A DNA stretch of 64,000 nt from Candidatus Levyibacteriota bacterium (GCA_027334565.1 DAHWUP010000001.1:16674-80673), one strand, 5' to 3'; counted from the first letter of the stretch, positions 38,312 to 47,738 are shown. Notes: generated by a model from the sequence alone, not told the origin. Numbers and translations: made by a program.

Positions 38312-38320
38312 TAAAGTGCT

Positions 38321-39517
38321 ATGGTTTACTTAAGTCAATTACTGAATAAGAAGGTGTATTACGACCGCAAGGTCTACGGCGAGATGGTCGACTTTGCCGT
38401 TTTGGAAAGTTCTCCCAAACCGCTGGTTTCGCGGGTAGTGGTAAAAAAGGGTAACAAGAAAATTACCATTTCACCTTCGTTTCTGTCCATCAAGCGAAAC
38501 GGGGCGATTTTAAACTCAAGCCAGGCGCCTTTCTTCCCTTTCGACGAAAGGGATTTTTATTTAAATGAGGACCTATTGGACAAACAGGTTATCGACATCA
38601 ACGACAAAAGGCTGGTACGCGTCAATGACGTTCTTTTGGAAAGTAACGGAGAATTAAAGGTGGTGGGCCTGGATGTGGGTGCTTCGGGAATCTTCCGAAG
38701 GCTCGGGTTGGAACAGTTATTTAAAGTAAAACCGAAAATATTGCCATGGCAGATGATCGAAGCTTTCGACTATCAGACAGGTACGGTGAAGATAAGTCTT
38801 ACCGAGAATAGTGTCAAAAACATGCATCCCTCGGAAATAGCGGAAATCCTGGAGGATCTGGGAGCCAGGGAACGAAGAGGAATAGTCGAAAGTCTTGAAG
38901 CAAAACATGCGGCAAAGGCCATCGAGGAAGCAGACTCAAGGACCCAGGAAGCGATCCTCGAAGAACTTCCTTCAAGCGTTTTAAGAAATATCGTCGGCAA
39001 AATGCACGTTGCGGACATCGCGGGTCTTTTCTACAAAATGAATCCTTTGAGGATCCGGGAGATAATCAAAATGCTAGGAGAGGAACGCGCCAAAAAGGTC
39101 GAACGATTGATCGATTTCGGAACCGACAAGGCGGGCGGTGTGATGCGCACCGGGTTTGTCAGCTTCGACGGAAACACCACCGTCAAAGAAGCCTACAACA
39201 GTCTTTACAAAGACAGGCCGAAACCCGAGGCGGTCCTCGTCACCAACGGCAATGAAAAGCTGGTCGGAACGATTTATGTCAAGGATATTCTGGATATCGA
39301 CTCCCTTGCTTTACTTAAAGATATCGTTTCCGACAGAAAATTCGTATATCCTAACGTTGACCTTAACGAGGTTATCAAACTGTTTGCCCAGTATAACCTG
39401 CGTTCGTTACCGGTTGTGGACAAAGAAAAAAAGCCGATTGGAGTAATCACCACCGGGGTCGTCCTTTCCAAGGTACAGGAAAAGATAAGGGACAATGAAA
39501 ATACTTACATTAATTAG
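38321..39517 (+). CDS. orphan MgtE cytoplasmic module: PRC-barrel-like N-terminus, MgtE N-domain and CBS pair, with no transmembrane domain
   Basis: MgtE_N-like helical region (...IAEILEDLGARERRGIVESLEAKHAAKAIEE...) followed by two CBS motifs (VVDKEKKPIGVITTGVVLSKV). No hydrophobic helices. Overlaps the downstream Nramp gene by 23 nt. Confidence 0.7.
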   Translation: MVYLSQLLNKKVYYDRKVYGEMVDFAVLESSPKPLVSRVVVKKGNKKITISPSFLSIKRNGAILNSSQAPFFPFDERDFYLNEDLLDKQVIDINDKRLVRVNDVLLESNGELKVVGLDVGASGIFRRLGLEQLFKVKPKILPWQMIEAFDYQTGTVKISLTENSVKNMHPSEIAEILEDLGARERRGIVESLEAKHAAKAIEEADSRTQEAILEELPSSVLRNIVGKMHVADIAGLFYKMNPLRIREIIKMLGEERAKKVERLIDFGTDKAGGVMRTGFVSFDGNTTVKEAYNSLYKDRPKPEAVLVTNGNEKLVGTIYVKDILDIDSLALLKDIVSDRKFVYPNVDLNEVIKLFAQYNLRSLPVVDKEKKPIGVITTGVVLSKVQEKIRDNENTYIN

Positions 39518-40751
39518 AAAAAGGTTTTTATTTTTAATTCCGGTGCTGGCGATCGTCGGACCGGGTATCATCTCGGGCTCCGTTGATAACGACGCCGGCG
39601 GAATAACCACTTATTCGGTTGCCGGAGCAAATTTTGGGCATTCTCTTTTATGGATACTTTTTCTAACCACCTTTGCCCTGGCTATAACCCAGGAAATCGG
39701 CGCCAGAATGGGTCTTGTCACCGGAAAAGGACTCGCATCTTTAATCAGGGAAAAATTCGGTATCCGTTGGACAACCTTTGTGATGGCGTGTCTGTTGGTC
39801 GCAAACCTGGGGACCATCGCGGCCGAATTTGCGGGGATCGCGGCTTCAATGGAAATTTACAACATTTCAAAATTTATTTCTGTTCCCATAGCAATAATTT
39901 TGATCTTTGCGTTGGTGGCTAAAGGAAGTTTTAGGAAACTTGAGAAATTATTCCTCCTTTTATCTTTTTTCTATATCGCCTACATCGCCTCCGCTTTCAT
40001 CGTGCACCCCAACTGGACGATGGCGATTAAAAGCCTGGTCATACCGCAGATTAAACTTTCCGGCGTGTATATTTTAACCATGATGGCAGTGATCGGAACA
40101 ACAATTACTCCCTGGGGACAATTCTTTATTCAGGATTATGTCGTCGACAAAAAACTTACCAAAGAGGATATGAATGTCGAAAGAGGTGACGTTTTCTTCG
40201 GGAGCTTCTTAACCAATTTCATCTCCTTTTTTATAATCGTTGCCTGTGCGGCGACGATTTTTACCAAAGGGATTCAGATAACTACCGCCAAAGACGCCGC
40301 CCTGGCACTGCAACCGTTGGCCGGTAATTTTGCCGAGATACTATTTTCGTTCGGGCTTTTAAATGCATCGATTTTCGGTGCGGCCCTGGTTCCGGTCGCA
40401 ACCTCTTATGTCATTACCGAAGCGTTCGGCATAGAATCGGGGCTTAACTATTCAACCAGAGAAACTCCGCAATTTTACGGGCTTTTTATCCTGCTTTTGA
40501 TAATCGGCGGTTTAATGGTCATACTTCCGTTTTTTCCTTTACTGACGATTCTGGTCGTATCCCAGGCGATCAATGCGGTTTTATTGGTACCGATATTTGT
40601 GTTTTTGTACCTTCTCTCAAACGACAAGAAAATCATGGGCGAACACACCAATAATAAAGCCGTGAACGTCATCGTCCTTTTGACCATGGCAGGGTTATCG
40701 GTCGCTTCCCTTATCTATATGGTCTCGCTTTTCTTACCCAACCTGATATAA
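39495..40751 (+). CDS. Nramp-family transporter with non-canonical metal-site motifs (candidate NRMT-like)
   Basis: GPGIISGSVDNDAGGITTYSVAGANFGHSLLWIL aligns to the Nramp TM1 region, with D-A-G-G in place of DPGN. The TM6 region AVIGTTITPWGQF replaces A..MPH. 418 aa, about 11 TM. Confidence 0.8.
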   Translation: MKILTLIRKRFLFLIPVLAIVGPGIISGSVDNDAGGITTYSVAGANFGHSLLWILFLTTFALAITQEIGARMGLVTGKGLASLIREKFGIRWTTFVMACLLVANLGTIAAEFAGIAASMEIYNISKFISVPIAIILIFALVAKGSFRKLEKLFLLLSFFYIAYIASAFIVHPNWTMAIKSLVIPQIKLSGVYILTMMAVIGTTITPWGQFFIQDYVVDKKLTKEDMNVERGDVFFGSFLTNFISFFIIVACAATIFTKGIQITTAKDAALALQPLAGNFAEILFSFGLLNASIFGAALVPVATSYVITEAFGIESGLNYSTRETPQFYGLFILLLIIGGLMVILPFFPLLTILVVSQAINAVLLVPIFVFLYLLSNDKKIMGEHTNNKAVNVIVLLTMAGLSVASLIYMVSLFLPNLI

Positions 40752-40839
40752 ATTTCAAAGCTGTCTTTAAGCATATTTTAAAAACCGAATTACTATACTA
40801 TTATATATACCGTTTTCCTCCAAAATCCCCACCAATGCG

Positions 40840-40859
40840 ATTGTGATTATAATCACAAT
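40840..40859. promoter_or_regulatory. 20-bp perfect palindrome ATTGTGATTATAATCACAAT (with an embedded TATAAT) upstream of the giant adhesin gene
   Basis: Perfect dyad symmetry. A putative promoter, TTGCAT (40866..40871)-N17-TATATG, lies immediately downstream. Candidate operator. Confidence 0.6.
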
Positions 40860-40992
40860 ATTATATTGCATAAATAGCAATAAATATGTATATGAATTGA
40901 ATTACTACGGGTTATTGCATTTTAATATATCGAATGGTACTATTCGGACAATCTTAATTTATACCCGCCCGAATACAATTAGATTAAATTTA

Positions 40993-43900
40993 ATGAAAAA
41001 ATCTTTCCTAAGAAAGATCATTAATATTTTAGGCACTCTTGCGATTATTTCCCAATCGCTTACTCCTTATGTCGTTTTGCTCCCGCAAACATCTTATGCC
41101 CAGGAAACTTCTCCTACTCCGACACCTACCCCGTCGCAAACCACCAACACCAATACCACTACTAATAACAGTACGATCCCAACCGTAACTCCGACACCTG
41201 CGGTATCCCAGACCACCGTTACGCCGACGCCGACGCCAGTAGGCACAACAACCGAAACCCCCACTCCGACACCGACAGATACGACAACGCTAACACCGAC
41301 ACCTTCGATTGATAACACCGCGACTCCATCACCGACACCAACGGGGCTTTCTCCTCCCGATAACGCGACTATATCCGCTTCACCTACTCCAGCTGTTTCA
41401 AGTACACCTACCCAAAATGATTTCCTGTCCACGCCTAGCGGAATTTCAAACACTTCAACAAGTTCAGGTAATATATCACCAAACCTAAATGAATCTTTAA
41501 ATGCCATAATTGTACATAACGTCAAGGCAAATACATTAAATCTTACAAATGTTATATCCCAAGGTAGCGCAACCCTAACAACCAATAAAACCGATTACTC
41601 ACCTACTGATACTGTGGTTATAAATGGAACAGGATTTTTACCAAAAACTACATATACTTTAGAAATCGTATCCAGCGACCCCCCGCCGGTTGACTTTACG
41701 ACTGCAGTAACATCGGATAATAAAGGTGACATTGTTTACGCATATCAATTAGACGGCAATTACCGGCCAAACTATACGGTTTATGCAAAAGATTCGTCTG
41801 GGCAAATAGTTGCGACAACAACATTTACTGACTCGGGGGTAACGGTAAGCGTATTATCATGGAATACAATAGGTGTCGACAGCAATAAGCCAGTTTCAAC
41901 AGGACCCCATCAATTTGTTATTCAAGCAAGAGTAACAAATAATACAGGGTCAAGCATCACAAATGTTTCGGCAATTTTTGCTTTAGGATCTGGAACTTCG
42001 TACATTACCACCTTAGGCCCATTGACACAAAATATAGGAACGCTTGCCAATAATTCGTCTGCCGATGTGTTTTTTCAGGTTGTTATAACTCCACCTCCTT
42101 CTCCAGACAGCCCTAGTAATGCGGTTTACGGTACTAGTAGAAACTATACCGTTACAGCAGATTACACTGATAATTCAGGGGCGCAAGTAGCATCTTATTC
42201 TAACACCCTAACTATATTAGGACTCAATTCCCAAAACAGGAATAGTATTTTATCTACTACCGTAAGCCCTTCTACAATTACCGTTGGGGGTACATTCACC
42301 GTAACTGTAACTTCAAAAACAACCGGCGGTGGAAATTTTACCAACGTATCGGTACCAATGATGTTTGATCCTAATGTTGCCCAAATGATAGGTGATGTAA
42401 CCACTTATCAAATCCCAGCGGGAACTACATTAGATTCATTTTATGACCAAAACGTTGGAGGAGATATACAATCCGTATTTACATTTAAAGCTCTGGCAGC
42501 AGGAACATCAAATTTTTACTGGCTAATTTATGATCAATCTGGAGGAAGTTACCATTATAATTCTGATTATGGACAGGCTATTATAATTACTGTAAAACCT
42601 GGTTTCGGGATAACAAAAACTCCCGCATCACAAACAGTAAACCCGGGCGGGACAGCAAGTTTTTCATCCGTTATTTCCAACAGTGGTAACGGTACGGGAA
42701 CAATTTCATCGATTATAGATACATTGCCTGTTGGTTTTTCTTATAAGACTGGCAGCACTACAGGAATAACTACAAATGATCCAGCGATTAACGGTCAACA
42801 ATTAACATGGACTGGCCCATGGACAATAACCCCTGGGAATTCAATTACCATTAATTATCAGGCAATTGCTTCAACTACTCCCGGAACTTACACCAATTCA
42901 ATTATTGCAAAAGATAGCAATAATAATACAGTAGGACCGGCAACAGCAGATATCATCATCCCTGCTCCCACGGGCTCAATAACCATAGTAAAAGATGCAC
43001 AACCTAATAGCTCCCAATCTTTTTCCTATACCACAACCGGAAACGGACTTTCCAATTTTTCCTTGGTTGATGATGGTATAAACAACACTTATTACACTAC
43101 ATTTAGTAACTTAACTTCAGGAAATTATTCAATAACAGAATCCCCGACAACAGGTTGGTCGCTGACAAACCTTAGTTGTTTGGATAATAATAGTAGTCAG
43201 TCCGTTGGAAGTATAACAAGTAGCACAGCCTCTTTATCGCTTACAGCTGGACAAAACGTAACATGTACCTATACAAACACAAGGGATACGGGAAATATAG
43301 TCATAAATAAAACAGCAATAGGAGGAGATGATATATTTGGATATGCCATAACAGGTCCTTCGGGATACAACTCTTCTCAATCAATAAAAACAAGTTCCGG
43401 AATCGGAACTACCGGAAATATTCCTGTAAATACCGGAAGCGGTTATTCTGTAATAGAAGATACACCACTACCTGCTGGATGGGTGCCGACAAGCGTAGTT
43501 TGTAATAATGGAACCCAAAACGTTTCAAACACCAATTTCAGCGTTTCTAAAGGACAAACAGTAACCTGTACCTTCACTAATACTAAACTCGCAATAATTA
43601 CTGTTGAAAAAAACATGGTTGGAGGCACAGGAACCTTTAACTTTACGGGTAACTTTTCGGGAAGCATAGATACCAATGGGGGAACGATAACAGAATCCGT
43701 TCTGCCCGGAACATATGTTGCAACAGAATCAGCTACAACAGGTTGGGATTTAACCGATATAAGCTGTACCGGAGCCGGCAGTGGTTCGGGAAACTTGGGC
43801 AATTCAACAGCAACATTTAATGTAGCTGCAGGACAAAATGAAACTTGCACATTTACCAACACGAAATATGGTTCAATAACAGTTGTTAAAACCACCACAA

Positions 43901-46900
43901 ACGGCGATGGAACGTTTGACTACACGACAACAGGCGGACTAACTCCATCAACATTCAGCATAACCACAACGGGTGGAAACGGTTCTTTCCCTTATAACAG
44001 CGTATTGCCTGGAAATTACTCGATAACCGAGCTTACTGATGCAAGCTGGCAATTTAACTCATTAAGCTGTATTTCGGGCAACACAAACATTGCAACGTAT
44101 AGCGGGACCACTGCTTTCTTCCCTTTCGCAGCCGGTGAGAATGTTACCTGTACATATGGAAACACAGGTCTTGGGACTTTAATAATAGATAAAAATACAA
44201 CCGGCGGAGACGGCAGTTTTGGCTATACGGTAAACGGCGCAAGTTCTTCCGCACAAACTATTAATACAAGCGGCGGAGCCGGTACAACGGGCCCGCTAAC
44301 CGTAATCGCGGGAAATTACACAGTAACCGAAGCTAGCCAAAGCGGATGGATGCAAAATCCCGGATCATCTTGTTATGATCCATCGACAAGAACAACATAT
44401 TCACCATTTAATGTAACTGTAGGTATTGGAAAAATTGTCACGTGTACATTTAATAATACAAAACTTTCGACTATTAAAATTGTTAAAGATACAAATGGCG
44501 GAAACGGAACTTTTCCTTTCACAACAACAGGCAGTTTAACTCCTTCAACATTTAATATTGACACTATAAAAACTAACCTACAAGAATATGATAATGTAAC
44601 TCCCGGTTCGTATTCAATTTCCGAAACCTCACAAAGCGGATGGGATTTAACAGCACTTTCATGTACATCTTTAAATGGCAATTCAACGACATCAACCAAT
44701 CAATCAACGGGCACGGCTACGATAACCAACCTTGCAGCAGGAGACACAGTCATCTGTACATTTACGAATACTGCTAAGGGTTCATTAACAGTTAATAAGA
44801 TCACTATCCCAACGGGTATTACTACGACATTTAACATTAACGCAACCGGTTCTGGTACAATAACCGGCGGAGGGGCTGGAACAGTTTCAATAACAACCCC
44901 AAAGACTTACGAGGTAACTCCCGGAACATATTATGTTTCCGAAACACCGGCAACCGGATGGACGGAAGATACCAGCAATTGTCAGGGGGTAATCGTTGCC
45001 GCAGGGAAAAACTCAAGCTGTACCATTACAAATACAGAATTATCCAACTTGACTATCGTTAAAAATACAGTTGGGGGTGACGGGACTTTCGATTTTATAG
45101 CAACGGGGTCAGGGCTTAGTAATTTTAGCTTAACAACAGTGAGCGGGATAAAGTCTAAAACTTTCTCCAATATAAATTCGGGAACATATTCTGTAGCAGA
45201 AGACTCTCAAACAGGATGGATATCAGATACTTCAAACCCGCCAACTTGTACCAATGGCGATAATCCTTCATCTATAACTCTAAACCCGGGCGATAATGTG
45301 ACTTGCACTTTTACAAATGATAAATTACCTACGTTAACGGTTACAAAAACACTGTTACCAAATAGTGATTTAGGGAAATTTAACTTATTGATCGACAGTA
45401 ATATTGACGCAACAAATGTCGGTAATGGAGGGACAACCGGTACGCAAATAGTCAGCATAGGTTCGCATACAGTTTCTGAAACTGCCGGAACTTCAACCAA
45501 TCTTTCGGATTACAATGCCATAATCGGTGGAGATTGTGCTCCTGACGGCTCTATAAATTTGGCTGCAGGAGATATCAAAACTTGCACCATAACAAATACA
45601 AGATATGGCTCAATAACTATTGTCAAAAATACTATTGGGGCGGACGGGACTTTCGGCTTTATTGCAACCGGGTCCGGAGTATCAAACTTTGATATATCAA
45701 CAATATCCAACACAGGTTCTCAAACTTTCCCCAAACTATCACCCGGTACATTCTCATTCTCTGAAAATACACCTGCAAGTTGGGTGGAAGGATCAGTTTC
45801 TTGCAAAGATAATTCAACAGGAGGAACTGTTGGTACTGTTGTATCGGGACTTGCGTCATTCAGCCTAACTGCAGGACAAAACATAATCTGTACATTTAAT
45901 AATACCGCGCAGGGAACATTGATAATAGATAAAACAGCATTAGGCGGAGACTCAACTTTTGATTATACTGTTTCGGGTCCAACCAATATGTCACCCAGTA
46001 TTACTACCACAAGCGGTTCTGGAACAACTGGCGGAAAGGTAGTTATAGCAGGAACATACGACATTGCTGAATCTTCACAGGCGGGGTGGGTACAAAAAAA
46101 AGCAACTTGTGACAATGGAGATAATCCATCAAATGTTAACGTAGGCGTTGGAGATACAGTCACCTGCACATTTACTAATACTAAACTTGCCAATCTTACA
46201 ATAGTAAAAAACACAGTCGGCGGGGATGGGACTTTTGACTTTACCACAACCGGCTCGGGACTTAGTAATTTTGACTTAACAACTTCAAACGCAACAGCTT
46301 CTGCACCATTTGCCGATCTTAATCCTGGTTCTTATTCTGTTTCAGAAACTTCACAGCCGGGTTGGACATTAACCTCATCCAGCTGCACGAATGGTGATAA
46401 CCCGTCCAATATCACTTTAAACCCAGGAGATAATGTAATTTGCTATTTTGAAAATACAAAATTAGGAAGTATTACTGTTACCAAATATACCGACCCGGGT
46501 ACAGCCCAAACTTTTAACTTTACTCTAACAGGACTAGCAACCGGTTCGGCAACTACAAATATAGGAGATGGACAATCTTATACTTTTAATCAATTACCTC
46601 CTTCTGTTTCTTATTCCTTATTGGAAAATCCAACCACAGGATGGGATTTAACAGCGCTAAAATGTATTTCCACCAACAACAACTCAACTTTTTCTACGGA
46701 TATACCGACAAGTACAGTAACAATATCTAACCTTACACCAGGAGACAACGTAACCTGCTCATTCGGCAACACCGAAAGTGGGAATGTAATTATTACAAAA
46801 TATAACGACGTTTTGGGACAAGGAGTTTTCGATCAGACTGACCCGACGCTTTCGGGATGGACGATGAATCTGGCAAGCTATTCGGGAGGAATGTCTCAAA

Positions 46901-47733
46901 TAACCGATACAAACGGCATTGCAACATTTAATAATATTGCTCCGACTTCCTATACATTAACCGAAAACCAGCAAAACGGTTGGCAATTGACTGATATGTA
47001 TTGTTCTGGACAGGAAGAAGGGCCTATATTCGGCCCAACATCAACCAGCTACCCATTATTTGTCCAGCCCGGACAAACAATCTATTGCAGAGTCTTAAAC
47101 CACAACCTAATTCCTATCCTTACAATCACAAAAACAAACGATGCGGGCGATAATGTTCTAGGTCCGGGTAGCACGGTCAACTATACAATTACCATAACTG
47201 CAACGCAATCCGCGGCGCAAAATGTAACCGTTACCGACCTTCTTCCCGACGGGTTCCACTATAATTCCGGTTCATGGCAGGCTCTTTTGAACGGAAATCC
47301 TGTTTCCGTTCCTGAACCCACTTATCATTCACCAGGCACCTGGACTCTTGGCAACATGAACGTTGGGGATACTTACACCCTTAAATACTCGGTGACAATT
47401 GACGGCTCTGAAGCAACCGGAACATATTACGATAATGCCTGGGGACAGGGATATTCGGGTTCGGGCAACGTGGTATTAGCAAACGCAACAACCGACCCGG
47501 CACAAGGCTTTATCAATGACCCGACTTTCGTGGGAACCCAGGTTGTAATTGCTGCTTCTAATAATCAGGGCATCAACTATTCTAATCAAGTTACCCAAGA
47601 GGTTCTGGGAGCATCGACTTACCTTCCGGCTACCGGAGAAAATACACTTTGGGTTGTCCTGGCAACCTTACTCGGACTTTCAGGCTTGGGTATGCTATTA
47701 TACGGATTTAAATTAAGGAGAAATAATAAATAA
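40993..47733 (+). CDS. giant (2246-aa) sortase-anchored surface protein
   Basis: Start chosen at MKKSFLRKIINILGTLAIISQSLTPYVVLLPQTSYAQE (signal peptide); the upstream 50-codon extension in the ORF track is rejected. It has a signal peptide, a mucin-like Thr/Pro linker, Ig-like domains, two DUF11 domains and 14 CnaB/SdrD-B-like repeats. The C-terminus is LPATG (47623..47637), a hydrophobic helix and a KLRRNNK tail. Confidence 0.85.
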   Translation: MKKSFLRKIINILGTLAIISQSLTPYVVLLPQTSYAQETSPTPTPTPSQTTNTNTTTNNSTIPTVTPTPAVSQTTVTPTPTPVGTTTETPTPTPTDTTTLTPTPSIDNTATPSPTPTGLSPPDNATISASPTPAVSSTPTQNDFLSTPSGISNTSTSSGNISPNLNESLNAIIVHNVKANTLNLTNVISQGSATLTTNKTDYSPTDTVVINGTGFLPKTTYTLEIVSSDPPPVDFTTAVTSDNKGDIVYAYQLDGNYRPNYTVYAKDSSGQIVATTTFTDSGVTVSVLSWNTIGVDSNKPVSTGPHQFVIQARVTNNTGSSITNVSAIFALGSGTSYITTLGPLTQNIGTLANNSSADVFFQVVITPPPSPDSPSNAVYGTSRNYTVTADYTDNSGAQVASYSNTLTILGLNSQNRNSILSTTVSPSTITVGGTFTVTVTSKTTGGGNFTNVSVPMMFDPNVAQMIGDVTTYQIPAGTTLDSFYDQNVGGDIQSVFTFKALAAGTSNFYWLIYDQSGGSYHYNSDYGQAIIITVKPGFGITKTPASQTVNPGGTASFSSVISNSGNGTGTISSIIDTLPVGFSYKTGSTTGITTNDPAINGQQLTWTGPWTITPGNSITINYQAIASTTPGTYTNSIIAKDSNNNTVGPATADIIIPAPTGSITIVKDAQPNSSQSFSYTTTGNGLSNFSLVDDGINNTYYTTFSNLTSGNYSITESPTTGWSLTNLSCLDNNSSQSVGSITSSTASLSLTAGQNVTCTYTNTRDTGNIVINKTAIGGDDIFGYAITGPSGYNSSQSIKTSSGIGTTGNIPVNTGSGYSVIEDTPLPAGWVPTSVVCNNGTQNVSNTNFSVSKGQTVTCTFTNTKLAIITVEKNMVGGTGTFNFTGNFSGSIDTNGGTITESVLPGTYVATESATTGWDLTDISCTGAGSGSGNLGNSTATFNVAAGQNETCTFTNTKYGSITVVKTTTNGDGTFDYTTTGGLTPSTFSITTTGGNGSFPYNSVLPGNYSITELTDASWQFNSLSCISGNTNIATYSGTTAFFPFAAGENVTCTYGNTGLGTLIIDKNTTGGDGSFGYTVNGASSSAQTINTSGGAGTTGPLTVIAGNYTVTEASQSGWMQNPGSSCYDPSTRTTYSPFNVTVGIGKIVTCTFNNTKLSTIKIVKDTNGGNGTFPFTTTGSLTPSTFNIDTIKTNLQEYDNVTPGSYSISETSQSGWDLTALSCTSLNGNSTTSTNQSTGTATITNLAAGDTVICTFTNTAKGSLTVNKITIPTGITTTFNINATGSGTITGGGAGTVSITTPKTYEVTPGTYYVSETPATGWTEDTSNCQGVIVAAGKNSSCTITNTELSNLTIVKNTVGGDGTFDFIATGSGLSNFSLTTVSGIKSKTFSNINSGTYSVAEDSQTGWISDTSNPPTCTNGDNPSSITLNPGDNVTCTFTNDKLPTLTVTKTLLPNSDLGKFNLLIDSNIDATNVGNGGTTGTQIVSIGSHTVSETAGTSTNLSDYNAIIGGDCAPDGSINLAAGDIKTCTITNTRYGSITIVKNTIGADGTFGFIATGSGVSNFDISTISNTGSQTFPKLSPGTFSFSENTPASWVEGSVSCKDNSTGGTVGTVVSGLASFSLTAGQNIICTFNNTAQGTLIIDKTALGGDSTFDYTVSGPTNMSPSITTTSGSGTTGGKVVIAGTYDIAESSQAGWVQKKATCDNGDNPSNVNVGVGDTVTCTFTNTKLANLTIVKNTVGGDGTFDFTTTGSGLSNFDLTTSNATASAPFADLNPGSYSVSETSQPGWTLTSSSCTNGDNPSNITLNPGDNVICYFENTKLGSITVTKYTDPGTAQTFNFTLTGLATGSATTNIGDGQSYTFNQLPPSVSYSLLENPTTGWDLTALKCISTNNNSTFSTDIPTSTVTISNLTPGDNVTCSFGNTESGNVIITKYNDVLGQGVFDQTDPTLSGWTMNLASYSGGMSQITDTNGIATFNNIAPTSYTLTENQQNGWQLTDMYCSGQEEGPIFGPTSTSYPLFVQPGQTIYCRVLNHNLIPILTITKTNDAGDNVLGPGSTVNYTITITATQSAAQNVTVTDLLPDGFHYNSGSWQALLNGNPVSVPEPTYHSPGTWTLGNMNVGDTYTLKYSVTIDGSEATGTYYDNAWGQGYSGSGNVVLANATTDPAQGFINDPTFVGTQVVIAASNNQGINYSNQVTQEVLGASTYLPATGENTLWVVLATLLGLSGLGMLLYGFKLRRNNK
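41100..41440 (+). repeat. low-complexity mucin-like Thr/Pro-rich linker within the giant protein
   Basis: ETSPTPTPTPSQTTNTNTTTNNSTIPTVTPTPAVSQTTVTPTPTPVGTTTETPTPTPTDTTTLTPTPSIDNTATPSPTPTG... Confidence 0.8.
42973..47115 (+). repeat. array of 14 tandem ~98-aa CnaB/SdrD-B-like repeats with a conserved Lys/Glu/Asn triad
   Basis: Each repeat reads roughly xxTIVK.T.GGDGTFDF...G....SYSVSE....GW.L....C.....NP..ITL..GDNVTCTFTNTK. Repeats 8, 10 and 12 share nearly identical N-terminal halves (NLTIVKNTVGGDGTFDF..TGSGLSNF.LTT). Confidence 0.75.
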
Positions 47734-47738
47734 TTATT

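Noticed and set aside
40843-40992. 50-codon N-terminal extension of the giant ORF (MIIITILYCINSNK...)
   Set aside because: No signal peptide, and it overlaps the promoter/palindrome region. The internal Met at 40993 starts a textbook signal peptide, so that is the preferred start.
41094-41585. 163-aa minus-strand ORF (GVGV-rich) antisense to the adhesin
   Set aside because: It is a low-complexity antisense artefact of the Thr/Pro-coding repeat (ACN/CCN codons give GNG/NGG on the opposite strand). It lies entirely inside a strongly supported gene.
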